Positions 62,432 to 64,000 of a stretch of 64,000 bases of DNA are shown piece by piece. The DNA is from Vicugna vicugna. Taxonomy: Eukaryota. The notes beneath the pieces are model-generated. The model was not told the origin of the DNA, did no database searches, and saw nothing but the letters and a program-made list of their open reading frames with translations. Location of the stretch: NCBI GenBank assembly GCA_013265495.1, contig MU058139.1, positions 248,001 to 312,000 on the forward strand, given 5' to 3'. Made by a program: the position numbers and the translations under genes. Every line of letters begins with the position of its first letter. Position 1 is the first letter of the stretch.

Positions 62432-64000
62432 AAATGTTGATCAGAAATTAATAGACTGCCAGCTATTTCTCCAGCAAAGATGGGTTTATTTAGGATCAGC
62501 AGAGAATTGCAATTCTGGGTCTACAACTACGGTGAGCCACTGCAAATCCCTGCACAGGATGGGAGGGAGAATGCTTTTATAGAAGGGAAGAGAGAGCCCT
62601 GAGGGCTACAGTAAACAGACTCCATGACTTCTCATTGGCTGAGTCCTTGCCAGAAAAGAGTCTTCTTCCTCTTGGGCTCTGCTGTCATCTCAAGGCACGA
62701 GAGCGCCCCCTCCTGGTTTCCCAACTCTGTATAATTGAGATTTCTGTTTATTAGTTTTTTACAGAACCTAGTGGTTGATTTGTAAAACCACTCTCGTATT
62801 CCTCATTGAACTGTAAGCCTTTTGAATATGGACTAAGGATATGAAATCAACAGTAGGGTCACATCACATTCTGAGTGGTCTTAGGTTAAATTAATTAAAA
62901 AATAATAATGTATTTTCTAGAAGTAGACAGTGAAAAGCATGTGGTCTGTGAAATGGGACTTTTTAATACTTGTAACATGCCTTGCTGGTAACGGATGCTT
63001 AACAAATATTGAATGATAAGATTTGGGTATTTAAATTGCCATTTAAAATTAAATGTTATTTATTTTACTATGTCACATAGTATTTATCAGGCTTTGGTTG
63101 GGGGTGCTAATTCTGTTTTTGAAAAACATCTACTTAGTAACTTACTGTTGAGAAAAGAGGACTGTTTTGAGGACACTGGTCTGTTTATTCAAAAAAAGTC
63201 TTGCTCCTTCTCCTAGACATGCCATTCTGTGCATTAAGAATGGATTTTTTAAAATGAGAGAGAAATCCTGTTTGTGGACCACGTTCAACCATCTCAAGTT
63301 GCTTTCTTTCAGTCCATCAATCAGACAGTGCCTGATGCAGGGTCCAAGTGGCATTGTGTCAAAACAAAGGCACCCTCTGAGTGCCTGAAAGGCACTGCAA
63401 GTTTAAGTTGCCACGTGGGGAAGAGGTTTTGTTTGCTTTTGTCTTGACTAAAAACCCAAAGTTCTTTATGATAAGAAATATATATATATGTATATTTATT
63501 TATTATGTATTTCTTTATTCAATAAGTATTTATTAAGTCCCTACTATGTGCTTATACGTGTAAGCACTTGTTATCCCCATGCTAGTTGCTTTGTATATAA
63601 AGCACATGTTACTCCCATAATAGATACTTTATATGTAATGATGAATAAAAGATGAACATTGTTCTTATGATAAAATCTGAAGCCCTTCACATGGCTTACT
63701 AGGTCTCATATTGCTAAATAAAAGGACTGCTTTGGGGTCTTTTTCCTCTTGGTCTTTACAACATTCACATTCTTGATCAATCTGATGTCCAGTGCTTATC
63801 AGGAGCTGGGCCAGGTACTGGGAATGTTTAAGACAGACAAGATCCCATTTCTTGATGTATTACTGGTAAGTTCAGGTCAAGAAGATATTTGTTTAAAACC
63901 TAAAGAGATTCGTTGCATCTGTAGGGGATAATCATGTCCATATAGGGCCACAGTTGTGATTACGGATGTTCACGTGTATAGCGCAAGGCTGATGCAGCCC

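Larger units (their letters stand above)
58536..62763 (-). mobile_element. Internally deleted ERV1-class provirus with two LTRs
   Basis: 5' LTR 62435-62763 and 3' LTR 58536-58867 are colinear with TG...CA ends; PBS 62414-62431; PPT 58868-58879 (AAAAGGGGGAAA); integrase core in ORF 60254-60457 (YKYTFVIVYTFSHWVEAF...VAKVLLEKIIPTWGTPPKLHS); broken RNase H at about 60850-61255; WKGPYQVLL near 59755-59780; imperfect TSD aaac/gaac. Confidence 0.9.

Overview
Mammalian genomic DNA, most likely camelid, judged from two tRNA-derived SINEs with the camelid-type AATAAACCTAATTAC-CCCC tail. The + strand carries nine consecutive internal coding exons of cubilin (CUBN): 151, 182, 175, 170, 160, 114, 111, 129 and 133 bp, 1325 nt in total. 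They splice in one open frame from the end of CUB8 to the first half of CUB12 and match human exons 28-36 as I recall them. One intron has a non-canonical GC donor (50988). Introns hold ordinary mammalian repeats (L1 3' ends, MIR, L2, MER5, MaLR), ERV1 solo LTRs, and a deleted two-LTR ERV1 provirus (58536-62763, minus strand) with a tRNA-Ile-like PBS, a PPT and RNase H/integrase remnants. The main unexplained signal is a candidate multi-exon gene nested antisense in CUBN (about 18623 to 1023, minus strand, straddling CUBN exon 28). Its GT-AG exons join into a 195-aa ORF with a cysteine-free trefoil-like motif followed by a SOUL/heme-binding-protein-like signature; further SOUL-like motifs continue in shifted frames past the stop. 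I assembled this model by eye and compared it with family motifs from memory, so it is a hypothesis to test. Most ORFs in the supplied track are noise.
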